Shown piece by piece: positions 41,257 through 52,299 of a DNA stretch of 64,000 nt. Every line of letters starts with the position of its first letter. Position 1 is the first letter of the stretch. The translations under genes were made by a program, and so were the position numbers. This stretch comes from an uncultured bacterium (lineage in GTDB: Bacteria > Babelota > Babeliae > Babelales > Babelaceae), in assembly GCA_963722385.1 (NCBI GenBank), contig CAVRKK010000001.1, positions 268,838 to 332,837 of the forward strand, written 5' to 3'. A model generated the notes under the pieces. The model was not told the DNA's origin, did not search any database, and was given only the letters and a program-made list of their open reading frames with translations.

Positions 41257-43182
41257 ATGAAACAATTCGCGAAACCGTTCTTATCTGCCTTATTGCTTCT
41301 GTCAGTTGCAGCAGAAGCTGTTGAATCAGGCTCAGGGTCTGGCTCAACAATAGCGTCAACATTTTCTGGTGGCACCGGATCAGGTCAGACACAGAATTCC
41401 GACGGCGGCAAAAAAGCCTCTGGACGGTCTGGCTCTGAACGCTGTGGCGACAAACATGGTGGCCAAGCATGCAGCTCAACCCTCTTCCTTCCACGACCAC
41501 AGGGTTCGAACGAAGCACGCTTCTTAAATCCACTGTGGTATGGACCTGATGGCGAACAATGTTTGTATCTTGACATTGGCTACCGCTACCGCCAATCATG
41601 GAAAGGCGATAGAATCGCTCGATGCATTTTTGGCTCCGACAAGATTGAGTTTGCTGGAAGCCAAGCCGATCATAAAAAAGGCGAATTTCTTGCAGACAAC
41701 ATCGGCCTTGCACCTAACTTCCGTGGCACCTTAAAACTAGAGCCAAGAATCCGCGATCACATGTTTGACTTTGAGACTCGCTGGGAACTTGGCAGCTGTA
41801 TGGAATGTCTCGAGGGTGCTTACTTTAAATTAAGGGGTACTGTTGTACATACACGTTGGGAACTTCGTGAATGTGAAACCATTACTACATCGACCAATAC
41901 AACCTTCTCTAACTTCGCACCAGGCTACATGTCCTCGGTCGAGTCGAGCGATGGATCGCTTCCAGGAGTTAACGCAACAGATAGCATAATTACCGCCTTA
42001 AGTGGTAACTTTACGTTTGGCGATAACACCGAGCCATGGAGATTTGGCCGTTTTAAAGGGCGCGATAATACCACAAACCTTGCCAACCTTGATTTGATGC
42101 TTGGTTATGACTTCTTGCTCTGTGATGAATACCACCTTGGTGCCTATATCAAAACAACGGCGCCAACAGGTACGAAGCCTAACAGCCAAGAGGTATTTCA
42201 GGCTATAGCTGGTAACGCACATCACTGGGAATTAGGTGGTGGTCTTGATGCCCACTATGAATTCTGGAATTGCGATGATCAATCGTTAGCTGTATGGTTA
42301 AATGGTTATGTTACGCACTTGTTTAAGGACACACAATGGCGCTCATTTGACCTGAAAAGTTCACGCGACAACTCTGGTTGCCTAAGCCGCTATACCTTGC
42401 TCAAGGAATTTACCCCTGACAACAAATATGCAGGTCACTTGATCCCAGGTGTTAACTGGCTTGGTCGTCGGGTAGAATCCTCATTTGCAGTACAAGGCGA
42501 TGCAGCACTTCGCTTGCTCTATCGTAGCTGCGGATGGGCTCTAGGCGTTGGTTATAACGTCTTTGGACGCACCCATGAGAAATTGGAAAATGCTTGCCAA
42601 AGCGAGTGCACTGATACGCTGACACGAAGAGTTGGCATCAAGGGCACAAGCGATGTCAGAAATCCATCAAGGGCCAGCGCAACCGACTCTAGGGTTTCGT
42701 CAGCAACACAAAGCCAGCACCGTCCTATGGGTGACCATACTGTCGGCATAGACAATGCAACTCCGCTTAACGATTATGTAACAGCTGCAAGCGCTCGCAC
42801 CGGCGATGATCATCAGGCTCATGACTCGCTTTCTGGCAGTGAAAATCAAAAGCGCGAGCCGAAGTTGCTCGTATGTGAAAGAGACATCAACTTTGGTGGC
42901 GAAGAGCGCGTTTCTGGACGCAAGAACAGCAAAGATGGCAAAGCAGGCAAAGATAGCAGCGAAGGCGAGCTGAAGGAAGAGCACAGAGAACATCGTGGCG
43001 TGCGCAGCTACCTTAGCCACAAATTCTTCGCGACTATCGACTATCAATGGGAAGAGTACTGTGACGATTACAGACCGTTCCTTGGTGTCGGCGGTGAAGT
43101 AGAATTTGCACAAAATGGTGAATGCCATGTATGTACACCTAACCTTTGGGGTGCTTGGGTACGTACCGGCGTTAACTTCTAA
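41257..43182 (+). CDS. Cys-rich putative major outer-membrane beta-barrel protein
   Basis: Signal peptide, APTG..P, GN.HHWE.GGG, terminal WVRTGVNF; strong terminator follows. Confidence 0.75.
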   Translation: MKQFAKPFLSALLLLSVAAEAVESGSGSGSTIASTFSGGTGSGQTQNSDGGKKASGRSGSERCGDKHGGQACSSTLFLPRPQGSNEARFLNPLWYGPDGEQCLYLDIGYRYRQSWKGDRIARCIFGSDKIEFAGSQADHKKGEFLADNIGLAPNFRGTLKLEPRIRDHMFDFETRWELGSCMECLEGAYFKLRGTVVHTRWELRECETITTSTNTTFSNFAPGYMSSVESSDGSLPGVNATDSIITALSGNFTFGDNTEPWRFGRFKGRDNTTNLANLDLMLGYDFLLCDEYHLGAYIKTTAPTGTKPNSQEVFQAIAGNAHHWELGGGLDAHYEFWNCDDQSLAVWLNGYVTHLFKDTQWRSFDLKSSRDNSGCLSRYTLLKEFTPDNKYAGHLIPGVNWLGRRVESSFAVQGDAALRLLYRSCGWALGVGYNVFGRTHEKLENACQSECTDTLTRRVGIKGTSDVRNPSRASATDSRVSSATQSQHRPMGDHTVGIDNATPLNDYVTAASARTGDDHQAHDSLSGSENQKREPKLLVCERDINFGGEERVSGRKNSKDGKAGKDSSEGELKEEHREHRGVRSYLSHKFFATIDYQWEEYCDDYRPFLGVGGEVEFAQNGECHVCTPNLWGAWVRTGVNF

Positions 43183-43205
43183 CTTTGGTTTTATTAACCA
43201 AGTTC

Positions 43206-43241
43206 AAACAGGGACTGCTTGTTAGCAGTCCCTGTTTTTTT
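43206..43241 (+). terminator. Rho-independent terminator
   Basis: aaacagggactgct-tgtt-agcagtccctgttt followed by a T run. Confidence 0.9.
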
Positions 43242-43309
43242 GTAGAGCACTCTTCCTATTTGTTGATAAATGCGGTAGGATAACCTAGCACAACAAATGG
43301 GGAGTATTC

Positions 43310-45172
43310 ATGTATAGCAAAATTAGGCCTTATCGTCTGTTTCTCGTACTATCTTTAATAAGTATTCAGCCAATTCGAGCGGCGTCATGCGCAGAAAACC
43401 GGCGCGGTTCGGCTCATTCTTTTGATTGTAGTGATTGTGGCCATGAGACTCCTAATGCTTCTTCAGAGTCTGGATGTGGTAAAAGTTGTGTGGATGGTGT
43501 CGGCACGCCATTCTTGCCGCGGCCTCAAGGGCTAAACTCGGCAGCTCTTTTTAATCCTTTCTATTATGGGTGTGGCATTGAGGATCGCTGCATGAGCTTT
43601 TCACTCGGCTATAGGTACAACCAAATCTTTAGAGAGAGGCGATTAGCTCGGTGCCTCTTTGGTTCGGAAACATTGCGCTTTAAGGGAAGTCAGGTTCACC
43701 AAGCGCTCCACGACAACAAAAAAATATTTTTAGCAGATAATTTTGGGTTAGCCCCTGACTTTCAGGGCAAGCTTATGGTCAAGCCAAAGATCAAAAATCA
43801 TATTATCGATATTATGACGCGTGTTGAGCTGGGCAGCTGGGCAGAGACTTTTGCAGGAGCGTATTTGGCATTTAACGCATCTGTTGTTCATAGTGTATGG
43901 CAACTAAATCCCTGCGAAACGAGGCAAACCGCTACGCGGGTTGATAACACGTTTGCTCAATTACCACCATGCTACATGGCAAGCACTACCAACTCGAGTA
44001 TAGAGCCTGCAGGAGACCTGAATACTGCTCTGAGCGGAGATTTTCTCTTCGGGGACATGCAAAGCGTGTGGCGGTTCGGACGATTTGAAGGTGATGATGG
44101 TCGGCAGCGAAGAGATACAAAGCTTGCCAACATTGATATTATTCTCGGTTATGACTTTGTTGGCGAAAGTTACCATGTAGGCGGGTTTCTTAAGGGCGTA
44201 GCCCCCACGGGTACTCAGCCTGATAGCAGGACCGTATTTCAAGCAATTATCGGGAATGGTCACCACTGGGAATTCGGTGGCGGTGTTGATGCCCATTACG
44301 ACCTATGGATGCAGGGCGATCATTGCTTAGGTGCGTATCTTAACGGTTGCGTTACACATTTGTTCAAAGATACGCAATGGCGAACGTTTGACTTCAAGAA
44401 AGCTAAGCATCCTCATGTTTCAGGGTTTTTTAGCCGTTATGTTTTGCTTAAAGAATTTGATGCCAGCGGTAATTACGCTGACAGGTTAATCAATGCTGTT
44501 AATTTTACGACACGCCGAATTAAGTCGTCATTTGACGTTCAAGGTGATGCGTCACTACGGCTGATCTATCGTTTAAAACGATGCGAAGACGAGGGCGAGC
44601 TTGCTATTGGGGTAGGTTATAACGTCTACGGTCGTAGCCAAGAGGATATTAGCGGCCTTTGTGATTGCTGTCCCGAATTTTCTAATCGTCGCTTTGGAAT
44701 AAAGGGTGTTAACGGGGTATGTGCGCGAGAATTTATACCAAATGTCGGCCTAACAGGAGAAACACGCAGCTTATCATCAACTTCACACAAAGCCCGCATC
44801 TTTGACGACCGGCAGGTTCTTAAGCAAGTAGATCATGCGGTAAAGCTTGAGAGCCCATTATTTGTGGCTTGGAACAGCCCAACTAATCCCGAGACACCTG
44901 AGCAAGACCTGATCGTAGCTGAGGACTCGGAGATCGATGGGGCGCCAGCGCCAGTTTTAGTTTCTCAAAATGATCTTGATATTAAGCGTATTCCTGGGCA
45001 GTTAACTCACAAGGTCTTTGCACATATTGATTATCAATGGCAAGATTGCTCGGGTTGGCAGCCGTATTTTGGTGTCGGCGGTGAGGCTGAATTTGCCGAT
45101 AGCAACGACGCTTGTCGCTCATGCACGGCAAATCAGTGGGGTGTCTGGGTCCGCGGCGGTGCCAATTTCTAA
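43310..45172 (+). CDS. Paralogous Cys-rich outer-membrane beta-barrel protein
   Basis: Shares FLPRPQG.N, LADN.GLAP.F.G, ALSG.F.FGD, THLFKDTQWR.FD; terminal WVRGGANF. Confidence 0.75.
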   Translation: MYSKIRPYRLFLVLSLISIQPIRAASCAENRRGSAHSFDCSDCGHETPNASSESGCGKSCVDGVGTPFLPRPQGLNSAALFNPFYYGCGIEDRCMSFSLGYRYNQIFRERRLARCLFGSETLRFKGSQVHQALHDNKKIFLADNFGLAPDFQGKLMVKPKIKNHIIDIMTRVELGSWAETFAGAYLAFNASVVHSVWQLNPCETRQTATRVDNTFAQLPPCYMASTTNSSIEPAGDLNTALSGDFLFGDMQSVWRFGRFEGDDGRQRRDTKLANIDIILGYDFVGESYHVGGFLKGVAPTGTQPDSRTVFQAIIGNGHHWEFGGGVDAHYDLWMQGDHCLGAYLNGCVTHLFKDTQWRTFDFKKAKHPHVSGFFSRYVLLKEFDASGNYADRLINAVNFTTRRIKSSFDVQGDASLRLIYRLKRCEDEGELAIGVGYNVYGRSQEDISGLCDCCPEFSNRRFGIKGVNGVCAREFIPNVGLTGETRSLSSTSHKARIFDDRQVLKQVDHAVKLESPLFVAWNSPTNPETPEQDLIVAEDSEIDGAPAPVLVSQNDLDIKRIPGQLTHKVFAHIDYQWQDCSGWQPYFGVGGEAEFADSNDACRSCTANQWGVWVRGGANF

Positions 45173-45189
45173 ATCGAAGTGAACTGAAT

Positions 45190-45532
45190 CGCCTGCGCGG
45201 CTAGCGGCTAAGGAACATCGTCCCTTAGCAATCCCGATGCAATATGCAAAGTAAAGCATGCGGGTTAGGCTTGGCAAGTAGTTATCGTACGCTTTTGCGG
45301 ACGATAACTTACACCATTATCATGTGCTGCATGATAAAACTCAATATCGCTTTCTATTCTCCATCAGGAGAATTGCGTTTGCTATGATCATGCGCCCCGC
45401 ATGGTTATAGCATTGAAACAGAAAAACATAGAGCAATTAAGCAAGAGAGACAAATCGACAGGTGCAGGAGCACGCTCCTGCTGCCCGCTGCATAGGCGCG
45501 CTCGATGCGTAGTCGCACCAGCCGTGCAGGCG
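45190..45532. ncRNA. Candidate ~345-nt structured RNA of unknown class
   Basis: Terminal stem 45190-45202/45520-45532 plus at least six internal hairpins filling the gap between convergent genes. Confidence 0.55.
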
Positions 45533-45544
45533 TATAATATTTGC

Positions 45545-45796
45545 TTAAATAGACTGCTTGAGTTGGGCGACGTAATCGATAACTTGCCCAATGTTATGAA
45601 TCTTCTCTGCCTGCTCGTCGCTGATCTCGATGCCAAAATGCTCTTCAAGCTTCATAATGATCTCAATGCGGTCCAAAGAGTCAGCGCCCAGCTTTTCAAG
45701 CGTATCATCATCATGAAGTGCCGTCACCGGCTTGCTGAGCTGCTCTGCGATAATCGAGAGGGCTTCTTGACGAATACGCTCTTTGTCACTCAACAT
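45545..45796 (-). CDS. acpP: Acyl carrier protein
   Basis: LGADSLD..E..M.LEE.FGIEISDE.AEKI. Confidence 0.96.
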   Translation of the reverse strand: MLSDKERIRQEALSIIAEQLSKPVTALHDDDTLEKLGADSLDRIEIIMKLEEHFGIEISDEQAEKIHNIGQVIDYVAQLKQSI

Positions 45797-45803
45797 ACTG
45801 CTC

Positions 45804-47225
45804 CTAAGACTCGTGAGGGTTTATAAGAAAGACCGCTTGCAGCCGCTTTATAACCTCATCTCTGCCAAGCGTTGTAAGCACAGCGTAAAGGTTCGGGCTT
45901 GTAGGCTTACCCAATAGCGCAATACGTAACGGCAACGCTAGTTCCGGCAGCTTAACCTTAAAGCGCTGACAAAGCTCCTTAACCACCATCTCGCTTGAGG
46001 TGACCGTTAACATGTCGACATCTTTACATGCCTGGACAAGCGCATCAGCGTACTCCTCAATGAACAATGGGTACTCTTTAAGCGCTGCTAACTCCTCAGG
46101 CGTGGGTCCCAGAGCGAGTGCTTTAATATGCCCCATTAACTCGCCTAAAGTTTTGCTACGGTCTTGAAACAATGCGATATAGGAACATAAATGCTCATCG
46201 GACAGCCAGCTTAAGCATGCTTGAAACCCTGGATCACAATCACGCAAAATAAGCCGCAAAAGATCATGCGAGGACGCTTGGCGAATATATATACTGTTCA
46301 TCCATTCAAGCTTATTAATATCAAAAACAGCACCCTTCTTGCCAACCCCATCAAGCGAAAAATAACGAATCAGCTCGTCCTTGGTAAAAATCTCTTGATC
46401 GCCATGCGACCAGCCAAGACGAACCAAATAATTGCAAAGCGCTTCTGCTAAAAATCCAGCACGTTGGTAATCTATCACGGCTGTCGCAGCATCCCGCTTG
46501 CTCAGCCGATTACCATGAGGACCCAAAATTAATGAAAGATGGGCAAACAAGGGGACATCAAACTCACATGCCTGATACAGCAATACCTGCTTGGGCGTGT
46601 TAGAAATATGGTCCTCACCACGAATAACATGCGTTATTCCCATGTCAGCGTCATCAACCACAACAACAAAGTTATACATGGGCGAGCCGTCGGACCTTAC
46701 CATAATAAAGTCATCAAATTGCTCCCTTTTAAAGGTTACCTGCCCACGCACCAGATCATCAAAAGTTATTTCTTCAAAATCAGGAACCTTAAACCTAATA
46801 GCATACGGGAGAATGGTAGGCTCACCGACTCGGGAACGACAAAGGCCATCATATTGCGTATAGCCTTCACCTTCAGCAGCACTCTGACCTAACCGCTGCC
46901 GAAGCTCTTGCGGCGTGCAATAACAGGCATATGCTTTGCCTTGGGCAAGAAGCTTGTGCGCGACCTCAAGATGCCGTTGCTTGCGTTCAGACTGTATCAC
47001 CAATGGCTCGTCGCCTTCAATGCCTACCCAACTTAACGCTTTAATCAGCGCCTGCGTGTATTCGACAAGCGAGCGCTCAAGATCAGTATCTTCAATACGA
47101 ATAAGAAAAACACCGCCATGATGACGAGCAAAAAGCCAATTAAAAAGCGCCGTTCGCAGGTTGCCAATATGCATGTACCCTGTTGGCGATGGCGCAAAGC
47201 GCACCCGAACTGGAGATGCTGCCAT
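45804..47225 (-). CDS. gltX: Glutamate--tRNA ligase
   Basis: RFAPSPTG.MHIGN, RIEDTD, RGEDH, LSKR. Confidence 0.98.
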   Translation of the reverse strand: MAASPVRVRFAPSPTGYMHIGNLRTALFNWLFARHHGGVFLIRIEDTDLERSLVEYTQALIKALSWVGIEGDEPLVIQSERKQRHLEVAHKLLAQGKAYACYCTPQELRQRLGQSAAEGEGYTQYDGLCRSRVGEPTILPYAIRFKVPDFEEITFDDLVRGQVTFKREQFDDFIMVRSDGSPMYNFVVVVDDADMGITHVIRGEDHISNTPKQVLLYQACEFDVPLFAHLSLILGPHGNRLSKRDAATAVIDYQRAGFLAEALCNYLVRLGWSHGDQEIFTKDELIRYFSLDGVGKKGAVFDINKLEWMNSIYIRQASSHDLLRLILRDCDPGFQACLSWLSDEHLCSYIALFQDRSKTLGELMGHIKALALGPTPEELAALKEYPLFIEEYADALVQACKDVDMLTVTSSEMVVKELCQRFKVKLPELALPLRIALLGKPTSPNLYAVLTTLGRDEVIKRLQAVFLINPHES

Positions 47226-47234
47226 AAAGCCCCC

Positions 47235-47903
47235 TTATACGCGTGTGACGAGCGCTAATTGCCGTTGAGCGGAAATGGCCCACACAGAGTTTGATCCACC
47301 ACGAGCCGCAAGCTGCGCCCATACCTGGTTTGCTCGACCTTTATTGCCGACTGCCAGAAAATACGCACCAAGCTCATAGGCGGCCCAATCACGTTGCGGA
47401 TTTTTAATGTCTGACGCTAAATTTTCAAGATCCCCCAACCCCTGCTCACGCATGGCTTGATCAACACCGTCAATTTTCATAAGCGCCAACTTCGTAGCAT
47501 AGAGGTAATATAATGGCGAAGACTTCTTTGCGCCGTTTACCACGTGAGCCGTTACTTCAAGGGCAGCCTCAGGCTTATTCGCATAAAGCAAAGATTGAGC
47601 TTTGTAGGCAAGAAAATAAGGGGCAAATGGCGTACCGCCGTACTTTTGATAACCAGCATCAAAGGCCGATATAACTTCCTCCCAATGCTGCATTGCTCGC
47701 TCAGCTTGCACGTTTTTTTCAAATTCGGTCAAGGCCTGCGAAAAAGCTTTCTGCGCTTCTTCTACTTTTTTAGCTTCAAAATAAGCATAAGCACCCCAGA
47801 TCGTTAACCCAAGAAGGGCACAACATACCAAAAACAACAAATAGCGAATATACTTATTTTTGTGGAGCGTAAAAACATAATCTTGTATCAGAAGCAAATC
47901 CAT
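47235..47903 (-). CDS. YfgM-like membrane-anchored TPR protein
   Basis: N-terminal TM followed by TPR-like helices (Y.GTP.A..). Confidence 0.6.
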   Translation of the reverse strand: MDLLLIQDYVFTLHKNKYIRYLLFLVCCALLGLTIWGAYAYFEAKKVEEAQKAFSQALTEFEKNVQAERAMQHWEEVISAFDAGYQKYGGTPFAPYFLAYKAQSLLYANKPEAALEVTAHVVNGAKKSSPLYYLYATKLALMKIDGVDQAMREQGLGDLENLASDIKNPQRDWAAYELGAYFLAVGNKGRANQVWAQLAARGGSNSVWAISAQRQLALVTRV

Positions 47904-47944
47904 ACCTTAAGCTCTCCCCGTATTTTGATAGTACCATAATTTTC

Positions 47945-48217
47945 TTATTCACCCGGAGCTTCAGGCGCTTGGTTTGACGATGCCGCCTTTTGCCGCTTCG
48001 CTATAGCCTCCCGCTCTTCGCCACGTTTTAAGGTCCGATCAAGCTTCGTTTTTAACACCTTACGACCCTTGTAAAAGCCACAGGTGGTGCAAACAACATG
48101 GGGCATAAGCGGCGATGTGCACTGCTCACACGCGGCAAACACCTGGGGCCGCAAAAATTTACACGCAGAACGTTGGTCGCGGCGAGATTTACTTGTTTTA
48201 CGTTTAGGTACTGGCAT
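47945..48217 (-). CDS. rpmF: 50S ribosomal protein L32 with C-terminal extension
   Basis: MPVPKRKTSKSRRD.R, CxxC..PH..C..CG.YKG. Confidence 0.95.
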   Translation of the reverse strand: MPVPKRKTSKSRRDQRSACKFLRPQVFAACEQCTSPLMPHVVCTTCGFYKGRKVLKTKLDRTLKRGEEREAIAKRQKAASSNQAPEAPGE

Positions 48218-48300
48218 GATAAAACTCCATTTATTAAAAGCTTTTTAATTTACCGCAATATCTTAAGTTTATAGCAAATTATCGCTTATGGCAAAGCAGA

Positions 48301-49404
48301 TTACGCCCATTGCCACAAGCCCATAAAATTCTGCTCGACTTTTCCTCTCAATTGTAAAGCAAAGAGCTGCTCATACAACTGATCAGGCGCTACATTCGCT
48401 TTCTCTAGCAACTCATCAAATGAGATCGGCTTTTGGCATAAATCCATGATAGCGACCAGTTCCGGTGGCACTATAGAGGGCTTGTCCTTTAAGAGCGGCT
48501 CAATTCGCTTGGTATCAAGAGGCACGTCGGGCTTTCCCAAAACCTGCGAGACATCCTCTGCGCATGTAACCAAGTGCGCGCCCTCAGCAATAAGCGCATG
48601 GCAACCAGCACTCAGAACATCATCAATCGGGCCGGGAACCGCAAATACCTCACGGCCCTGCTCGAGCGCATAATGTGCAGTAATGAGCGCACCACTTCGT
48701 GCAGCTGCTTGCAAAACAATGCATCCCATGCTGAGACCAGCAATAACCCGGTTACGCGCAGGAAAATTTCCTGGTACAGGCTCAGCAAGCAGTGAAAATG
48801 GGCTTACGACCGCTCCGCCACGCTCGTATAAATTAGCAAACAGCGACTTGTTCTCAGCTGGGTAAGGCTTCAGCAGGCCAGAGCCGATGATCGCCATTGT
48901 AGATCCATGAGCCTCAAGTGCTATTTCATGAGCCATTCTATCGGCTCCGAGCGCACCACCGCTTACGATACACCATCCTTGGGCTACCAAGGGCATGAGC
49001 AATTTTCGAGCAAGCCGTCCGCAATAGGCGTTAGCTTGACGCGAACCAACGACTGCCAAACATTGAGCAAATTCGGCTGGGTGCCTCCCAAGCCAGTACA
49101 ATACAAGGGGCGGGAGATACGTATTTTTGAGCTGAAGTGGGTAATCTTGGTCAAAGGAACTTGTCCATGAAACATTGTGGCGGTCAATACGCGCCAATTC
49201 ATCATCTAAAAGCCTTCTATCAGCAAGCCCTGCAACCAAGCGCTCAGCGCTTTGCAAGGAAATACCCAACCCCTGCAAGTCTCTAGCCCGTGCTTGATAA
49301 AGATCGCTCAGCGGATAATCGCCCAGCTTGGCCGCCAATTTTTCAACCATCGATGGCCCAACATGCGTTATAAGAGAAAGATGCAACGCAACGCCACTGC
49401 TCAT
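48301..49404 (-). CDS. dprA: DNA-processing protein DprA
   Basis: AVVGSR, VSGGALG.D, FPARNR.IAG, SGALITA, GREVFAVPG; likely start MSSGVAL. Confidence 0.95.
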   Translation of the reverse strand: MSSGVALHLSLITHVGPSMVEKLAAKLGDYPLSDLYQARARDLQGLGISLQSAERLVAGLADRRLLDDELARIDRHNVSWTSSFDQDYPLQLKNTYLPPLVLYWLGRHPAEFAQCLAVVGSRQANAYCGRLARKLLMPLVAQGWCIVSGGALGADRMAHEIALEAHGSTMAIIGSGLLKPYPAENKSLFANLYERGGAVVSPFSLLAEPVPGNFPARNRVIAGLSMGCIVLQAAARSGALITAHYALEQGREVFAVPGPIDDVLSAGCHALIAEGAHLVTCAEDVSQVLGKPDVPLDTKRIEPLLKDKPSIVPPELVAIMDLCQKPISFDELLEKANVAPDQLYEQLFALQLRGKVEQNFMGLWQWA

Positions 49405-49414
49405 CACGAGCCTT

Positions 49415-51889
49415 TCATGATTCGGTTGGGCAGCCTTCGCCAGTTGCTTCCTGGCTACATACAACAAGCGCGGTCAACTTTTGCCCTGAATCAAGCTTAA
49501 TAAGTCTAACACCTTGTGCCTGCCTACCCATCGTACGGATCTCTTTGGGCAAGAGCCGAATAATCTTACCTGAGGCCTCAATTAAAAGAACACTCGTTAC
49601 GTCGTCAACCACCTTTAAGCCAATAACTTTACCGTTACGCTCATTGGTTGGAATTGTACGTACGCCATAACCGCCCCGATGCGCAATACGGAAATCGCCT
49701 GCACGAACACGCTTGCCATAGCCACGCTCGGTGGCAAATAAGATATCTTTATCATCTGACACGACTGCCATACCTACAACATAATCAGCATCACGTAGCT
49801 TAATACCGGTAACACCAGCAGCATTTCGTCCCATCGAGCGCACCTCTTTTTCATTAAAGCGAATGCCTTGCCCTTCGGCTGTCGCGATAACAATCGAGTC
49901 CTCTCCCGAGCTTAACGAGCAGAACGTAAGCTGGTCGCCCTCGTTTATCGTTAAAGCGCGAATGCCAGCCGAACGGATCTTCGCAAATAACTGAGCTTCG
50001 GTACGCTTAATAATGCCTTTTTTCGTGAGCATAACAAGATACTTGCCATCCAGGTCCCGGGTACACAAGAGCTTAACAACATGCTCTTCAGGCAAAAGCG
50101 GAAGAAGGTTGACAAGCGCACGCCCTTTTGCCGTTCGCGACGCTTCCGGTACCTGAAAGACCGATAAGCTGTAGACGCGGCCTTGGTTAGTGAAAAAGAG
50201 AAGCTCATCATGCGTTCGCGCCGAAAAGACATCCTGAACAACGTCTTCTGAATCTTCAAGATCATGCATACCCATCTTGCCCTTGCCACCTCGGCGTTGG
50301 ATGCCATAGACTGACAGTGAAACACGCTTGACATAACCTTTACGTGTCAGCGTAACAACAACATCCTCATCCGGAATTAAGTCAATCTCACTCAAGAGAT
50401 CTATAGGGCCTTCAAAACGCGTACGGCGCGCATCAGCATACTCTTGCCTAATAAGCGTAAGCTCTTTTTCAATTTCTGCTAAGAGTTGCGTACGGTCCCC
50501 AAGGATACCGGTCAGGAAAGCTATTGTCTTCTGTATTTCACGCATTTCTTCATGTATTTTTTCTTGCTCAAGAGCTGTTAACCGCTGCAGACGCATATCG
50601 AGGATGGCACGCCCTTGGTCATGACTTAAGCCAAAGTGCATATTAAGATTTTCAAGAGCCTCGTCTGGGGAGCTCGCCGCTTTAATCTGAGCAATAACCT
50701 CGTCAATCTTAGCTAAAGCTATGATAAAGCCCTGTAAAACATGCTCACGCGCCTGGGCTTTTTTTAGATCAAATTTTGTACGCTTATAAATAACATCTTC
50801 GCGGTGAAGAATAAACTGTCGGATAAGCTCGCGCAGGGTAAAAATGATCGGGCGATTATCAAGCAATGCCAACATTAAAATAGTAAATGTTGTTTGCAGA
50901 TTTGTGTGCTTGTAAAGCAGATTAAGAATGAGCTGCGGTGACTCACCGCGCCGCAAATCAAAGACTAAGCGCATTCCCCGCTTATCTGATTCATCCCGAA
51001 TATTGGTAATACCTTCAATAACCTTATTACGTACCAGATCGGCAACTTTAACTGCTAGGTCAGCCTTGATAACCTGATAAGGCAGCTCGGTAATTACGAG
51101 AGCAGTGCCTTTGCTCGTTTCTTCGATATCAACAACGCCGCGGACAACACAACTGCCGCGCCCAGTCTTGTACGCTTGCACAATGCCGCCCCTACCGCAT
51201 ATTATGCCGCCCGTCGGGAAATCAGGCCCAGGAACTAACCCAAAGAGCTCTTCATCGGGAAGTTCGGAATTTTTAAGATAAAATAAACAAGCGTCAATAA
51301 CTTCACCCAAGTTATGGGGAGGAATCGACGTTGCCATACCAACAGCAATCCCCGCGGTTCCATTAACAAGAAGGTTAGGAAGCCTGCTTGGCAGCATTAA
51401 GGGTTCGACGGTTGATTCGTCAAAATTGGGGGCAAAAGGTACGGTCTCTTTATCAAGGTCAGCAAGAATTTCCTGCGCAATCTTATCCATGCGGATTTCA
51501 GTGTAACGCATCGCGGCAGCATTGTCGCCATCAACTGACCCCCAGTTTCCCTGTCCATCAAGCAAGGGATAACGGCGTGCAAAGCTTTGAACCATGCCAA
51601 CCATCGTATTATAGACAGCTTGATCGCCATGTGGATGGTATTTTGCAAGCACATCACCCACAACACGCACTGATTTGTGGTAAGGCCTATTATGAAAAAA
51701 GCCGTTTTGCTGCATAGCGTATAACACGCGCCGGTGCACCGGCTTTAACCCATCACGTACGTCAGGGATTGCCCTACTGACCACAACCGACATCGCGTAT
51801 TCAAGAAACGAATCCTTCAGCTCATCCTCTATAAGGACAGGCTGCACGTGTAGAGACTTAATATCTTTGTCTTGAGATGCTTCCATCAA
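49415..51889 (-). CDS. gyrA: DNA gyrase subunit A
   Basis: [22 protein letters not shown], GyrA-box QRRGGKG, pinwheel repeats. Confidence 0.98.
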   Translation of the reverse strand: MMEASQDKDIKSLHVQPVLIEDELKDSFLEYAMSVVVSRAIPDVRDGLKPVHRRVLYAMQQNGFFHNRPYHKSVRVVGDVLAKYHPHGDQAVYNTMVGMVQSFARRYPLLDGQGNWGSVDGDNAAAMRYTEIRMDKIAQEILADLDKETVPFAPNFDESTVEPLMLPSRLPNLLVNGTAGIAVGMATSIPPHNLGEVIDACLFYLKNSELPDEELFGLVPGPDFPTGGIICGRGGIVQAYKTGRGSCVVRGVVDIEETSKGTALVITELPYQVIKADLAVKVADLVRNKVIEGITNIRDESDKRGMRLVFDLRRGESPQLILNLLYKHTNLQTTFTILMLALLDNRPIIFTLRELIRQFILHREDVIYKRTKFDLKKAQAREHVLQGFIIALAKIDEVIAQIKAASSPDEALENLNMHFGLSHDQGRAILDMRLQRLTALEQEKIHEEMREIQKTIAFLTGILGDRTQLLAEIEKELTLIRQEYADARRTRFEGPIDLLSEIDLIPDEDVVVTLTRKGYVKRVSLSVYGIQRRGGKGKMGMHDLEDSEDVVQDVFSARTHDELLFFTNQGRVYSLSVFQVPEASRTAKGRALVNLLPLLPEEHVVKLLCTRDLDGKYLVMLTKKGIIKRTEAQLFAKIRSAGIRALTINEGDQLTFCSLSSGEDSIVIATAEGQGIRFNEKEVRSMGRNAAGVTGIKLRDADYVVGMAVVSDDKDILFATERGYGKRVRAGDFRIAHRGGYGVRTIPTNERNGKVIGLKVVDDVTSVLLIEASGKIIRLLPKEIRTMGRQAQGVRLIKLDSGQKLTALVVCSQEATGEGCPTES

Positions 51890-52299
51890 CCAGCCTCGCT
51901 CGGGTAAAAAACGGGTTTAATTGGTATTTATTATACCTTAAAATCAGCGTTTTATCAAATGAGGGTCCAGGGCCGGCTCACTTAAGTCAAGAGAAATAAA
52001 ATCAATTTAACCAAAACTGCTTTTTGAGCTACAGATATAAAATATATTAAAATTAGAAAATATTACCAAGAAAGGCCTAGCGGCCTCTGATTAAGTTAGA
52101 ATATAAATTTTTGCGAAAAAAGAGCCATTGATTTGCTTTTATAGTTGTTCTTGGTTTTATCAGAATATAAAGAATTGCTTTAGATGGGCCGGCCCTGCCC
52201 TGGTATCATCCCCTGTTGCTACGATCAATTTTTTGAAGTATGATTGATTGAAATCAAGCTAATATTATTAGCAATATAAAGATAGGAAAGGATGAGCAT

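Noticed and set aside
45388..45826. ORFs 45388..45648 (-) and 45401..45826 (+)
   Set aside because: They overlap acpP out of frame or antisense and have no recognisable motifs; the hairpin density is better explained by non-coding structure
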